Notes: generated from the letters alone by a model not told the origin. A stretch of DNA of 64,000 bases from Lama guanicoe (GCA_013239625.1 MU054323.1:18308819-18372818), one strand, 5' to 3'; shown: positions 21,964 through 35,304, counted from the first letter of the stretch. Translations and numbers: made by a program.

Positions 21964-24900
21964 NATAGGCAGCTTTTTTTTTTTTTTTTGGCTTTCTCTC
22001 TGCATATCTGTATTTCCAAATGTAACATTTTTATCATACAATTTCATTCAAATAATACATGTATAAGAGCATCACAAAGTAAAATAAAAGCCTTTTCTCT
22101 TACCCCTCCCAATGTCCTAGAATCAAACTCTTTTTCAGGTGAGTCAGATTTTCCACCTAGATCACAAGCCCTTCTTGTTTTGTCTGTCTTTCTAAAGACA
22201 GAAGCCGAGGGCTCCCAAGGTGGGGGTGGGGAGGCATGATGTTCTGGTTATTTTCTTCCCTCCCAATGTTGAGTTTCAGCTTTGACAAAATACACCATTT
22301 ACACTATTTTCAAACTCCACTAACACACTGAGGCGTTTCATTACAAATTCTTCCTGCAATCCATCCTGTAGTACTTCTTGCCTTAGTGTCCTCTGGTTGC
22401 GAGTGACTGATGGGCAGGTAGGTAGGATGAATGCAAATATTATGCAAATCTCAACTCCCCATAAGCCTCGATGACTCTGCAAATAAATCTAATGTTACCT
22501 TCTAATTATAAAGGGCTTAATCACTTCATGTATTACAGTTTACTCAGAGCCCCCAAACACTTGTTTGTACTTGAAAAAATTTTTTTCAGTAACATTAGCC
22601 AAGAACATTTATGATGAAAGGTTTTGAAACAGTAAGTTTATATAGACAAAGAGTTTTAATGTCATGGACATTATTTAGTTTGGGTGGAATTTTCTAGGTC
22701 TTCTAGAAGGAAATTAGTTTATAATCTTTTTTTAAAAAATTATTGACCTAAGCCATTAAGTTTCAAGTTTCATTTAGACCTATGCCTACCAAGTAGCATC
22801 AGTCTTCTCTTCTCATACGAAGGAGAATAAAGACAGAAGTTGCTTTTAATAATCTGAATTTCCCAGCCCCCAGCGCTAAGTGAAATCAAATGATTGCTTC
22901 CAGTCCTTGGGAGTCTCATGACCTCCTCCCTGCTCCTTGGCTAAAGAACATCGCCCAGAAGGCTCACATTCCAATTTCTCACTACTCAGGCGTTGCAGCG
23001 CATGACAGTACCTTTTCTATCTGAGCTGTGTCCTCGAAGACTAAAATACTAAGGTTGGATGAACGGCTGTAAATGACTAAAGCAATAACCATTTTTTAAG
23101 ACTAGTTAGATATTTACAAAACTACCAACAATGTGACAAAATTCAACCACATTTTTTCAGTGGACAGTTCCTGTCTAATTTCTAGAACTGTTTTCTGGAA
23201 CTGACCTATTTATATTTTATATAAATCTTTATATATTATATATATATAAATATATATATGTATAGCATGACTCCAGCCTGCTCTGACTACACCGGGGTAT
23301 CTGATCATTCCTCAATATCCAAAAAATACTACATATTAGAGAAAACACAAGAAGATGTTAAGAAATGATGATACATATGCTTTTAATTTCAGAACCGAAC
23401 TTGGTAAGTGAGGTCAAATTTACTCTTCAAAAACCTGCCAAACATCTACCCTCTTTGTCATCCAACTTATGCATTTTAGGTATTCATTTCCATCTTACTG
23501 CCTTGTAATTATAAACTCTACTTATGCATCTCTGCTAAAGCAATCAGCATCATCTGATCAGGGCAGAGAAAATGCTGATGGCCATTAGAAGGGACCCGCT
23601 ACAGTCTTCGGGACCTAATGGTCCCAAATTCATTATCAAGGCACTTTATGGCAGCGTTCATTAGACTGGGTGTCATTTTACAATGCTCCTGCTTATATTA
23701 CTTAAAAACATTTAGCTTATCTTTCTCCATCTTGCACCCCCAGCTCACCCCCCATCTCATCATGTACTTTATTAGATTGCAGGATTAAAGAAAACACAGT
23801 GGAGATGGTTGGCATGATCTTGCTAACAGGGCAAGCATTTCTTTAGGAAAGGCTCCCAGTGTCATTCCCAAAGGGCAACATGACCACTTATTCACAAATA
23901 GATAGAAAAATCCAAATAACGTATTGTTGTTTATCCTTGGTGAATTTAATCCTCTATTGTTGTGATAGGTTTATTTTCTATAGTCTGAATAGCTAATGCA
24001 TGTGAGAAAAAATAGGGTCCTGTCCAATTTGTTTGTGTGATAAAATAAATGCTTATCATTTACTAGTAGAGTATCAGTACTCACTGGGATCATAATCCTT
24101 AGAAAATGTTTCAGTATTTGACGACTGTGACACTGGAAAATCAACTATGAAGGAAAACAGTACCTCTGTAGATGCCTGGCAAAGGCACCTAAAATAGATG
24201 GGATTTGCATAATGGCACGTTATTTCAAAATCATTAGTAATACAATCAATAGTGCCCCTGACAGGAGGAGCCATTAAATTATATATTGATTTTGCTCCTC
24301 TTGCACAGTAAAGCTATTAATAAGAAACTTGATTATTAAAGGACCATTCAGTCAATTTAAAGAGGCAAGATAAAGTCAATTATTATGCATTAGCCCTCTG
24401 AATCAAGAGAGGCAAAAGTCAGAACAGACTGGTAATACTCACCTTTTGCTTCGGGAGAGAACTCTGTCTCCCCCTGGCAAATGTAGAGAAGGTGAAATTA
24501 ACCTATGTAAGTTTTAAAGGATCATATATTTGGGATGTTTTTTGCTCACTTTCTAGAGCCTAATGCATGAAAGAGACTGTCATCACTTCTCCTGTCACTG
24601 CAGATGTCACATGAGATGGAGCCGATCTCGTGAAGCACCCAGTTCCTATAGCCTGATGATCAACAGAAGTAGCCTCCTCTCTGTTCCTTACAGTTATGCA
24701 GTGGAAATGGAAGCTCAAGGATTGAAGGGCCCTTACCAGCCCTCCAGTTCACGCCCACTGCCGCACGGACCCCACATCCACAGGGCCTGTGCACTGTCAC
24801 AAGGACTCCCTCTCCCTGAGAACATAGATTCATGCTGGCTGTACTTTGGTTCTCTTGACCAGTGGGAAGCGGTCAGAGAGAGCTGATACTATTCCTTTAA

Positions 24901-26257
24901 ATTGACGGGGTTAACCAGGACAAGACTGGAGTAGTCGGGTAGACGCAGCCCTTCATCCAACAACTCCTGCACTATTATTGCACGGATAAAGAACAAAAAG
25001 AAAAACAGTGTCACACAGTTTTCAACTACTATAATTATTATGAAGAAGGCAAGAATTTCTCACTTGATTTTTTTTTACATCACTGTAAAGAATCTACTAT
25101 AAAAATTATGTTTTCTGTAAATGAGCAAAGCAGTTACTAATCGTATGATAGCATTAAGATGTTAAATAGTTTCTTAGGATGGCTAAAATTTTTATGGAAA
25201 TACATTTTGGTTCCATTTCTAGAAAAAAGCATTTGGTTAAGAAAGCTCAATTCATTTAGTGGAAAAAGATGGTCGTTCCTTTTGAATTTTGCAGTGCCTT
25301 TCCTTTGACGATTCTTAACCCATATCTGTACTTTACTTCCCAGTTTGTCACCTAACCAATGGGTCTCAAAGGACCTAAACACTTTCAAACATCCTAGAAA
25401 GGAGTTCTTATGTCAGGGGCTGACTCAGGTAGACAATGAGAAAGAAAAGAAAGAGATGGTTTTATTAGAGGGAGCTAAAAAAGAAAATCTCTTCAACACA
25501 TATTCTAATCTCTCATCAGTAAGCCAAAGTAGTACCAGTTTCCTTTCAAATTTCAGCCTCAACCTCTCCTTCTGAGGTCTCTTTTCCCTAAGGTTGCCCT
25601 TGATGTTGGAAGGAGTGAGAAAAAGATGAGTTGGAGGATTAAAAAGAAGAGGCTCTTTCTGAATCTTCACACAATAAAAAAGATTTTAGTGAGGATGTCA
25701 CATACGTAGAGGCTACAATGCCTCTTTTAAAGTTTACTTTATTTTATTTTTAAACCTCTCTTTAGGCATACTCAGAGGTCAACGGACTGATGGGCATTTT
25801 GTATTTCTTGGTTCACCTCTCTTCATAGCAGCCGGGGGGAGTAATCTCTACTACTGACAATTTACAGAGGAAAACAATGACTCAGAGACGTTAAGTCACT
25901 TCCAAGGTCACAAAGTGAGACTCTTGGGTGGCTGACTCCGAAGACCAATATCCTTCAATTACGTGACCCGCAAGGTCTCTTATTCAGTCAGCTGTGCAGG
26001 ATTTTTATGACCACTTTAAAGGACCTGAATCATTATTTTGAATTAGTATAGAGGTTATTGTTTCATCTTTACCTTAACAAAGACTGCCTACACAAGCAAT
26101 GAGAGATTTTCAGTTCTGTTTTTAAAAGAGGGGCAGCATCTATTATATTCAATGACGATGGTCTTAAAATGTTAAAATCTGGAGATCAAGGTCCTACTGG
26201 GACGAACTGAAAAGTGCCATGAACACGTAAGGGCTCACCAACCCTTAGGAAGTGACC

Positions 26258-26390
26258 AGCAGCCTCACCTTGCTTGGGGGCTTGTCAGAAGTGCATCATC
26301 CCAGGGCCCACCCAGACCCACCAAATCAGAAATGCAATTTATTAAGACCTTCAGATAATGCCATTGCAAGTGAAGGTGTGAGAAGTACTG
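26258..26390. mobile_element. MER5-like hAT-Charlie DNA transposon fragment
   Basis: ccagggcccacccagacccaccaaatcagaa...gtgtgagaagtactg. Confidence 0.6.
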
Positions 26391-26567
26391 ATTTCGAGAG
26401 GACCAATTATTCTTTCACTAAGTCGGCTAATAAATTAAGAGGCTTGTGACAGCTGGACTTGTGTTTTGGAACCGTCTGCATACTGTAATCACGTATGGAG
26501 CATCGGAAACTCTAAATGCCTGGGTTGAGCCCACTCTCTGGCTGTGGGGCCTCAGTCTGAACATAGG

Positions 26568-26965
26568 CTTTTTTTTAAATTTATTTTTTATTAATAGACT
26601 TTAGTTTTTTAGAGCAGTTTCAGGTTCACAGCAGAATTAAGCAGAAAATACAGAGAGTTCACACATAGCCTTCCCCACCCACGCATATACACTCCCCTAC
26701 CCTCAACATCCCTCATCAGTGTGGCATATTTGGTATAGTCAATGAACCAACATGGACACATTATTATCAACCAAAGTCCTTAGTTTACATTAGGATTCAC
26801 TCTTGATGTTGTACATTCTATGGGTTTTGTCAAATGCATAATGATATGCAGCCACCACTATAGTATCATACAGAATAATTTCATTGCCCTAAAAATTCCT
26901 ATGTTCTATCTGTTCATTTTTCCCTCCCTCTCCCCAAACCCCTGGAAACCACAAACTTTTTACTT
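26568..26965 (-). mobile_element. Old L1 3' end (L1MC-like), apparently inserted into a MER5-like element
   Basis: Poly(T) then tagagcagttttcaggttcacagcagaattaagcag...; MER5-like halves on either side. Confidence 0.8.
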
Positions 26966-27070
26966 ACAGTTTTAAAAAGTTTTACAGGGGACTCTAATAA
27001 TGTAGCCAGGGGCTGGGGACTGGCTAATAGAGAGCCAGTGGGTCTGGCCTGATGTGTAAAAGAATGTATT

Positions 27071-27084
27071 TAAAAAAAAAAAGA

Positions 27085-27115
<31 letters not shown>

Positions 27116-27439
27116 GACTTTTTTTTTTTTTTTTTTTACAAAACATAAGCAGACTCACAGACATCGGCAACAAACTCATGGTTACCAGTGGGGAAAAGGG
27201 GTGGGAAGGGATAAATTTGGAGTTCAAGATTTGCAGATACTAAGTACTACATATAAAATAGATATACAATAAGGTCCTACTGTATAGCACAGAAAACTAT
27301 ATTCATTATCTTGTAGTAACCTATAATGAAAAAGAATATGAAAACGAATATATGTATGTTATGTATGACTGGAACATTATGTTGTATACCAGAAACTGAC
27401 ACAACATTGTAAACTGACTATACTTCAATTAAAAAAAAA
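27071..27439 (+). mobile_element. 5'-truncated younger L1 3'UTR with TSD
   Basis: agactcacagacat...atggttaccagtggggaaa...tacttcaatt(A)n; TSD AAAAGAATGTATT at 27058-27070 and 27436-27448. Confidence 0.9.
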
Positions 27440-27879
27440 GAATGTATTAAATAAGGAATAGGTAACATTGTGAGGAAGTCAGGATTGAAACTCAACTTTA
27501 GATCTAATTTGCAATCTAGGCTGAAATGCGGGAGAACATTGTACTCTGTCCCTCACCGGAGTTCTTTTTCGGATTACATAGAGCACATATGCTTGCTCTT
27601 TTCTCCTCTCAGGAAACGCTGCTCTCCACAAGCAACCTTAGTGGTAATAGCTGAGAAAACTCCATCATAAGAACGCAGGCAGCAGAGCTCACACTCATGC
27701 AGGGTGATTTCCTTCTCAGAGTGGTGAGAACTCTGGCAATAGACTTTTAGACAACAGACGTTCGGTTTGGAGAACAGAAAAACTAAGGATTTCAATTGAC
27801 ATAGGAGAGAGTCAGGCCTCATATCCCTTTTCTCAGGGCACTTCTGAGCCATGTCATTGAAAGGACGTGGGAACCCAAT

Positions 27880-29240
27880 GGCTGATAAGTATGTGAGAAG
27901 ATGGCCAGCATCATTGTCTTCAGGGAAATGCACATCAAAATCACAATGAGATACCACCTCACCCCTATGGAGATAGCTATAATCAAAAAGACAGATCATA
28001 ATGCGAGTGGTGGAGAATGCAGAGGAACTGGAACTCTCTCACACTGCTAGTGGAATGTCAAATGGTGTGGTGGCTTTGGAAAAGTCTAGCAGTTCCTCAA
28101 AAGTTTAAAAAGAGAGAGTTACCATATGACCCAGCAATGCCACTCCTGGGTGGAACTCAAGAGATTTAAAAATGTATGTTCACACAAAAAGTTACATATG
28201 AATGGTCAGAGCAGCATTATTCATAATAGTCAAAAGCTAGATACAATCTAAATGTCCATTGGCTGATGGGTGGATAAGCAAAATGTGATATAACCAACCA
28301 CACAATGGAATATTACTCAGTAACAAAAAGGAATGGAATTTTCTGATACATGCTACTAAAGGGTAGCAGAATGCGCCAGCCCAAAACATACTGCTTTAGG
28401 ATATTGATTATTTTGAGCTGAGGCACCTAAAAAACAGCAAATGCAGAGACAGAGGCTTTCTGTAAACTCTTCCTATCTGCCTAAAGACAGAGGCTCCAAA
28501 GGGAACTCAGATGTCATAAATTCCTTCCCTGGGAATTCCATCAACCAGGGAAACTGACTCATCACAGGAGAGAAGACTAGAAGTGGGCACCAGACAGACT
28601 TTGTCACAAATTGTCACATCTCCCATCTATTGTCCTAAAGACCCATTCATGTTTCCTAAAAATCATGTCCTCGCCCCTAAGAGGCCTACCTCCCTTCTCC
28701 TCTTGCTCTATTAAAATGCTATTTAAGCTTACACTGAAGCCATCTCAGAGAATGACTAATTTTTCCCGGGGGAGCTCCCATGTACACATGAAGTATACAT
28801 GTTAATAAGCTTGTTTGTTTTTCTCTTGTTAATCTCTCTTTTATTATGTGGTCTTAGCCAAGAACTCTAAAGGGTAGAGGAAAAATTATTTTTCCTCCCC
28901 TATACTTAGATGAACCTTGAAAGCATTATGCTAAATGGGGGAAACCAGACACAAAAGTTCAGACATCGTATGATTCCATTTCTATGGAAAGTCCAGAACA
29001 GGCAAATCCATAGACAAAGAAAGTACATCAGCAGTTGCCTAATTAGGGCTGGGGGTCGGTGAATAAATGAGGGGTGACTGATAGTGAATAAGGGACTTCA
29101 TCTGGGGGGAAATGAAAATATAAAATCGATTCTAGCAATGGTTGCACAATTCTGAGAATCTATCAAAACCCACTGAATTGCATATTTTAAACAGGTGAAT
29201 TTTACTATGTGAATTGTATCTCAAGAAAGCTGTTATTACA
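27880..29240 (+). mobile_element. Old L1 (L1MB-like) ORF2 end and 3'UTR, interrupted by an LTR at about 28357-28904
   Basis: cagggaaatgcacatcaaaatcacaatgagataccac...; L1 text tgatacatgctac|...|gatgaaccttgaaa resumes after the LTR. Confidence 0.88.
28357..28904 (+). mobile_element. Solo ERV LTR nested in L1
   Basis: gattattttgagctgaggca near its start and ggaaaaattatttttcctccccta at its end; shares motifs with the LTR at 32850-33901. Confidence 0.75.
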
Positions 29241-31544
29241 TACAACAACCATCAAGAAAAAAAAGCTTGGGGATAAATCATAGTCTAGAAAAAGCCGTTC
29301 CCTTGGGGAAGAAAAGATTGTGAGAATGTTTGGGGTGAATTTTCAGTTCAAACTTTCAAATTTTGCTAGTCCTGCCCAACAGACACCTGGGGAGCTGCAT
29401 GGCCCCGAGACAGTGAAAACCCTCTCCATCAAAGCTAAATACCACCGCTGTGTCTGCCGGCTCCACGCCCCCTCAGTCCATCCCCTTCCCGGGGCAGGAG
29501 GCTGGCTGCCTCCCCCAGGAGCAAGCGCTATTGATGCGGTTCTTTGACAGGCTGAGCACTTCCAGTGGATGTTACCTCAGGCCTGGCTTCCTTGGCTGGT
29601 TTCCTTTCCCCAAAGTATAAAGTCTTAGGAAAGAAATCCAAAGCAGCATTTCCTTCACAGCATTCATTTAAAAGGAAAGGAAAGGACTCTAATCAGAGGT
29701 TAGGTAAGGATGCCTTACAAGTCAACAGCTCTCTTCACATCGCAGCAGCTAGGGCGCCCTGGCTGGCACTGATTTCTCTCTACGAACTAGGAAAGATATG
29801 CTTGCTACGGCTTGCCTTTGTATCACTTGGCTTAAATTTCTGGCCTGTTTTAAGCTTTCTCCCCCCTTCAAAATTTGACTTGGCGAGTTGATTTGGAGTT
29901 AGGGAAAGAAAGGAGGAGTCAGAGAAGACCCGCACATGTATTCCGATCATTTACCGCAAGCAATCCACCCAGATCAACTCCCCAGCCAATTACTATTCCA
30001 AATAGGATAAGAACACACTGCTTTTCATATTATTTCTCGTAATATGTTTACATAATCTTCAGATTATTGGTGAGGAACTCTGGGCATGAATTCACTCGGG
30101 AGTTTGCTCAAGGTTTCCTTCTAAGATGGTCATAGAAGAGGGACTACATCATGACTGAAATCTAGTGTTTCCTTTGCTGAACCATCAAGGGCACCCAGCT
30201 GGGACTCAGATCACCCTGGATTTGTATCTTGACTTTGCCACTTTCTAGCTGAGGTATGTGGACCAGTTCTGGCATCTTTCTACACATTGAGGTTGCCATC
30301 GATGACATGGGGATCATAAAACTCACTTCCCAGCAACTGTAACATTCACGTGTTGGGATGGGATGATTGGGTAATTGGGTGTCATCACTCCCCAACTGTG
30401 GATAGGAAAACTTCACAGGTTGTTGCAAAGATCGAGTAATATAATGCATGCAAATCATTTTGCAGAGGAGTGTAATGTGTTAGGAAGAGTTGCTATTATC
30501 AGTTGAAAAGGAATTGTTTACTTTGTAGTTCCTATTTGTACCCTCACCCAGTCACCCAAAGGGGCAGTTGGCAGATAGTGGAGGCGGGACTCAGAAAATA
30601 CTCAGTGGAGTAACAAGCAATGCCCTCAAATTCACTCTCAGATGTAGCCTGGGATCACATCTCATATAATGGGGTTTCCAGGAGCAGAACTCTAAACTGA
30701 AAGACACAGAGGTCATAAGGACAGGGTTAGCTTCGCATTCCCAGCCCCAACAGGTCCTCTTGCCACGCTAGCTGGATACACAGAGGGGACTGCCCTTGTA
30801 CGTTTCCTGGAGTCCCGCTATGATGCAGAGCCTGACAAACCAGGATGGTGCTATTCTTTCATTTCCATAGACTCCAAAGATGAGAGCTGCTAAAGTTGCT
30901 AAACCAAAGTAATTCTCCAGGAGGCCTTGTCATCCGTGCACTGATCTCTTTGCATTAGCAAGTGGTAATTGAAATCTTTGCTTCAAGCAGGGCAAGGGGC
31001 AGGGGCAGCTCAAATCCTGCTGTTCTCAGGGGATACCAGGGGAGTTTTACAGTGCACTGGAGTTGGAGGGGGGAAGTTTCCAGTAGAACTGTCTCTATTT
31101 TATTTTCCTCTGCTTACTCTTGAATCTGAATGACAGCCAATTCCTTTGTTCAAATGCAAAACAGGAACAAGTGTAATTCGTCTGGGGGCGTCTCTCTCTT
31201 TTTAGCAATTCATTGTAAACTTTAGTCTCAAAAGAAAAACCTATGAGCTACCTTCCTGTACCTAGAAGGCACACCAGTTGACCACTTGAAAGACACTGCA
31301 GGGATCTTAGAGGCATTGTTCCAATAAATAGTATTCTGGGAATTCTAGTATCCCCTGGCTCACCACAAGGTACTATCCTATTATGGTAGGCTAATGTGAA
31401 AATCACATGAGTAAAGTTTGCTGAGGGAAAATAATATGGATGTATTTCAAAATGACCATAATTTTGTAATATATAAAATGTATACCTTATCATTGCTTCA
31501 CTCCCCTGCCACCAGTATGCTTCAGTCTTAAGAAGGGGAAAGTA

Positions 31545-31792
31545 CTGTTGATTCTTGTTTTGTGTTGGCTTTATTCCTCTGATAACTATGTGAGTTTAAA
31601 AAGCTAAAGCTCTAATCTGTTCTTAGAAACAATGATCAGCACACATATGTAAACTAAAAAAAATGTGCAGTAGACTGAATATATGTATTTACATGCAATA
31701 TAATGTGTATGTGCAGTTGAACTGTAATAATTCTACCTAATAAAACTGAAAAAGGGGGAAAAAAGAGAAAAAGAAAACAACAACAACAAAAA
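31545..31792 (+). mobile_element. Polyadenylated retro-insertion of unidentified source
   Basis: AATAAA at 31739-31744, A-rich tail, flanking near-duplicate AAGAAGGGGAAAGTA / AGGAAGCGGGAAAGTA. Confidence 0.7.
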
Positions 31793-32849
31793 AGGAAGCG
31801 GGAAAGTAAGGATCCTAGATTTGTTAGCTAAATGTGCACACTGAAGACAGTTTGTCAATTCAGTGAAAAGCAAAGCGGATCAAGCATGGGCACCATGTTG
31901 AAACACATAAAAATAGATCTTAGTCTAGATTTTTTTTTATTGTTTAATGATATTGATATTATGCAAGTTCCAGGAGAGGGACACTTTAAACAAAATAATG
32001 GATGATTCTCACCAACCTAAAACTGATTCCTTACCTTGTTAGGACTGTTTGTCTGTAATCTGAGATCTTTACTGTACTCCTTGAAGGGAATGAAAAAGGT
32101 CAAATTCCCTAGAAAGAAGTTGTTTTAACAAATTCCTCAAAGCCGAGGAAAATGCTAAGAGTACATGACATTGGGCACCTTTTCTACAAACTGAACACAT
32201 AAACATCTTCTGTTCAGTTTTAGAAACTTCTGTGAAGTAATCAGTGTGCCACTGCCCTTTATAAGACTTTAGAATTAAGTGAAATTGATGCTGGTGAATC
32301 TCAAAGAAATAGTTTCCTATCCTTTTCAAAAGCTCTCTTCACCTTGAACATTTTCAACATTCCTGGGTTGTCATTAGACTCTCTCCAGAGATTATTTATA
32401 CCTTTGGTCCTTCCTCCTTTGTCAGGATGCTTTGTTCGAAGTAAAGAGTTTGCCTGGAAAGCAATGGAATGATTTCACTCTTAACGTTACAGGACAGCAG
32501 CTAGAATGTGCTGAAAGCTTCTCTATTAGAAAGAGGCCAGCTTTAAAAATAGAACACCAAGAAATGAAGCGGAGCTTTCTTAAGTTTTTAAATTCATATT
32601 CTTTTCTCTTTTCTCTCCTTCCTTGCCTTTCTCCGTAGCCACAAAATATTCAATGGCAAGTCAATCTCTCTCTGCATGTATTCATATAAAATATTGTAAA
32701 AGACAGGATGCTAGAAATTTCCTTGGACATAGCTAAGCTAAATCAATGAATTGATGCTGATTTTATATCTCACATTTCTTTTCCATGTCTAATATTTTAT
32801 TGCTATTCTACATTAGATTAAGCAATCAATCCTTATGTCTGCATATAAT

Positions 32850-33901
32850 TGGAGGGGTTCAGAACGAGCCTCTCCACTGTTGCATGAGGATCATTTTGAG
32901 CTAAAGGCAATCAAGACCCTATGGGTTCAATGTCCATTGACAGATGACTGGATAAAGAAGTTGTAGTATATTTATACGATGGAATACTACTCAGCAATAA
33001 AAAAGAATAAAATAATGCCTTTTGCAGCAACACAGATGGACCTGGAGATCATCATTCTAAGTGAAGTAAGCCAGAAAGAGAAAGAAAAATACCATATAAT
33101 ATCACTCATATGTGGAATCTAAAAAAAAGAAGAAAAAGAAAGAAAGAAAAAAGAGAACACTAATGGACTCATCTACAAAACAGAAGCAGACTTGCAGACA
33201 TAGTAAACAACTTTATGGTTACTGGGGGAGAAAGGGTGGGAAGGCATAAATTTGGAGTTTGAGATTTGCAAAGGTTAACCACTATATGTAAAAATAGATT
33301 AAAAAAATTTCTTCTGTATAGCACAGGGAACTAGATTCAATATCTTGTAATAACCTTTAATGAAAAAGAATATGAAAATGAATAGATGTATATATATGCA
33401 CGACTGAGACGTTGTACTGTACACCAGAAATTGACACATTGTAACTGATTGTACTTCAATTAAAAAAAAATCTTATGGATACAAGAGAAACTACTGTTCT
33501 TCCCCTAACTACCTAGAAGAATTTAAATTGAGGATTTTTCCCAGAAAAAGAGTTATTACCAGAGAAAAATTTTATCTAAATGGCCCTATCAGTATGGCTG
33601 GGCAAAGATCTAATTACCAAACATCTTCTCCTTCTTGTCCTGTGAATGACCCTCCTAACCTTGGAAGCCCCAGGCCTCTGGTCCATTCCCTAGTGCAGGA
33701 TGGCATTTATACCTCATTTTACCTTTCTGTCTCTGAACCTCTCATGTACGTGGGATCTCTGACCCTCTTGTGCATGTTGGATTTCTGTATGTATGAAATT
33801 AAATTTGATTTTCTCCTGTTAATCTATCTCATGTCAATTTAATTCTTACACCAGCCAGAAAAACCTAGAAGAGGGGAGGAAATTTTTCCTTCTCCCTGAC
33901 A
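32850..33901 (+). mobile_element. Solo ERV LTR interrupted by an L1 3' fragment
   Basis: TG...CA ends; gatcattttgagctaaaggca start motif; LTR text resumes after the L1 poly(A). Confidence 0.75.
32929..33470 (+). mobile_element. L1 3' end (ORF2 tail and 3'UTR) nested in LTR
   Basis: atggacctggagatcatcattctaagtgaagtaagccag...tacttcaatt(A)n; degenerate TSD ccctatgggttcaa / tcttatggatacaa. Confidence 0.92.
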
Positions 33902-34179
33902 CTATATAGTCTATAAACATGTTTGGATTTTAGTTTTGCATGTCACAGGGAGGCCAATGGTTTACAGAATAAAATAAATAATATTTACTGAGAACTTACA
34001 CAGTTGGAAAGGCAGGTTGGGTTCAGGTTTGTTTATCTGGAAGGCTTCATGAAGGAGGCTCTCCAGGAAGTCTATTAAGCTATTCCAATGTTCATTTATT
34101 TCTATAAGTAACATAATTATTAAGGCTAATCAGGTCCCTGTAACCATGACCATGGCTCTAAGTGGTTCTGCAGTACTGG

Positions 34180-34670
34180 TGGGGAAAAAATGACCTCCTG
34201 AAAGGCTGTCTTGAGGAAGGGGCTCAGGTTGCAAAACTCCCACGCTGCCATTTACTACCTGCACCTGTATGAGTTGCTTACTCTTTCTAAGGCTCCTGCT
34301 CTGAAAAGTAATTATACAAATAGTATTCATCTCATCTGACTGCCGCAAATAAATTGTGAGATTTATACATATGTAATTATACTTAGACACTTATAAAATG
34401 CTCTGTGCAGAGCCTGGCACACATTAAGGGCTACATGAATCTTAGCTGTGTCTATTCTGACTATGAGCAATGTCGGATCAAGTTAAGAACTGGACTCTTG
34501 GGATTGAACTGCCTGTAGCTCATGCAGATGAACTCATCCCTGCCTTGGTTCCCTCATCCGTAAAAACTGGAATAATTATATCTCAATCATGAGGTTGTTC
34601 AGGGGATTATATGGGGAAACAGAGCAGGACCTGGCACGTAGAAAGTGCTCGGTAAGTGATGGTTATCATA
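34180..34670 (+). mobile_element. Two adjacent MIR fragments
   Basis: agagcctggcacacattaag and ccttggttccctcatccgtaaaa...gacctggcacgtagaaagtgctc. Confidence 0.6.
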
Positions 34671-34856
34671 AGTGTTATGGAGAGCAAGGAGAAAAGGGAC
34701 TAGGAGCTAAAGTATTTCAGTAAAGCTAATATACTGATATCAAGGGGTAGTTTAGGAGAAATCAATAACACATATTTTTTTAAATCAAAATTTTTCTATG
34801 TATCTTGAGATTATGCTTTTCCTAATAACCTAGGCAAAACTTGATTCTGGACAGAC

Positions 34857-35304
34857 TGTAGCCAAGCAGGACCCTGTGGAGCCTTCCCAGGACCACCCCC
34901 ACCATACTCTCTGCTGTCACTCCCCTATGAAGTACCCAGATAACACTATCTCGTGTATATTTCCTGAGTTTTTCACATGCTAAAAATCATCACCAAATGG
35001 AAGAAATTATGATCATGAGCACGTGGCCTCCAGACCTTCTGGTGCCTCGGGGGTCGACAGTGTTACCACAACATCAACCAGAGGATTGTGCACAGTTGAT
35101 CACGTACCCTGCGTCCCTCTTCCTTACCTGGCCTTCAAATACGCTTTGCTGAAACCCTTCAAGGAGTTCAGAGTTTTCTCGGGCACAAACCACCCCGCCC
35201 CTCTTTCTCAACCCTGCAGTAAACCGTTCTCTGCTCCAAACTCCAATCTTTCCGTTTGTTTGGCCTCATGGTGTGTCAGGCACACGAACTTGCCTTCGGT
35301 AACA
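34857..35304 (+). mobile_element. Solo ERV1-class LTR
   Basis: TGTAGCC...GGTAACA termini with perfect 4-bp TSD AGAC (34853-34856, 35305-35308); AGTAAA poly(A)-like signal near 35218. Confidence 0.88.

Noticed and set aside
27574..27999. 141-aa ORF
   Set aside because: Partly antisense L1 sequence; no coding signature.
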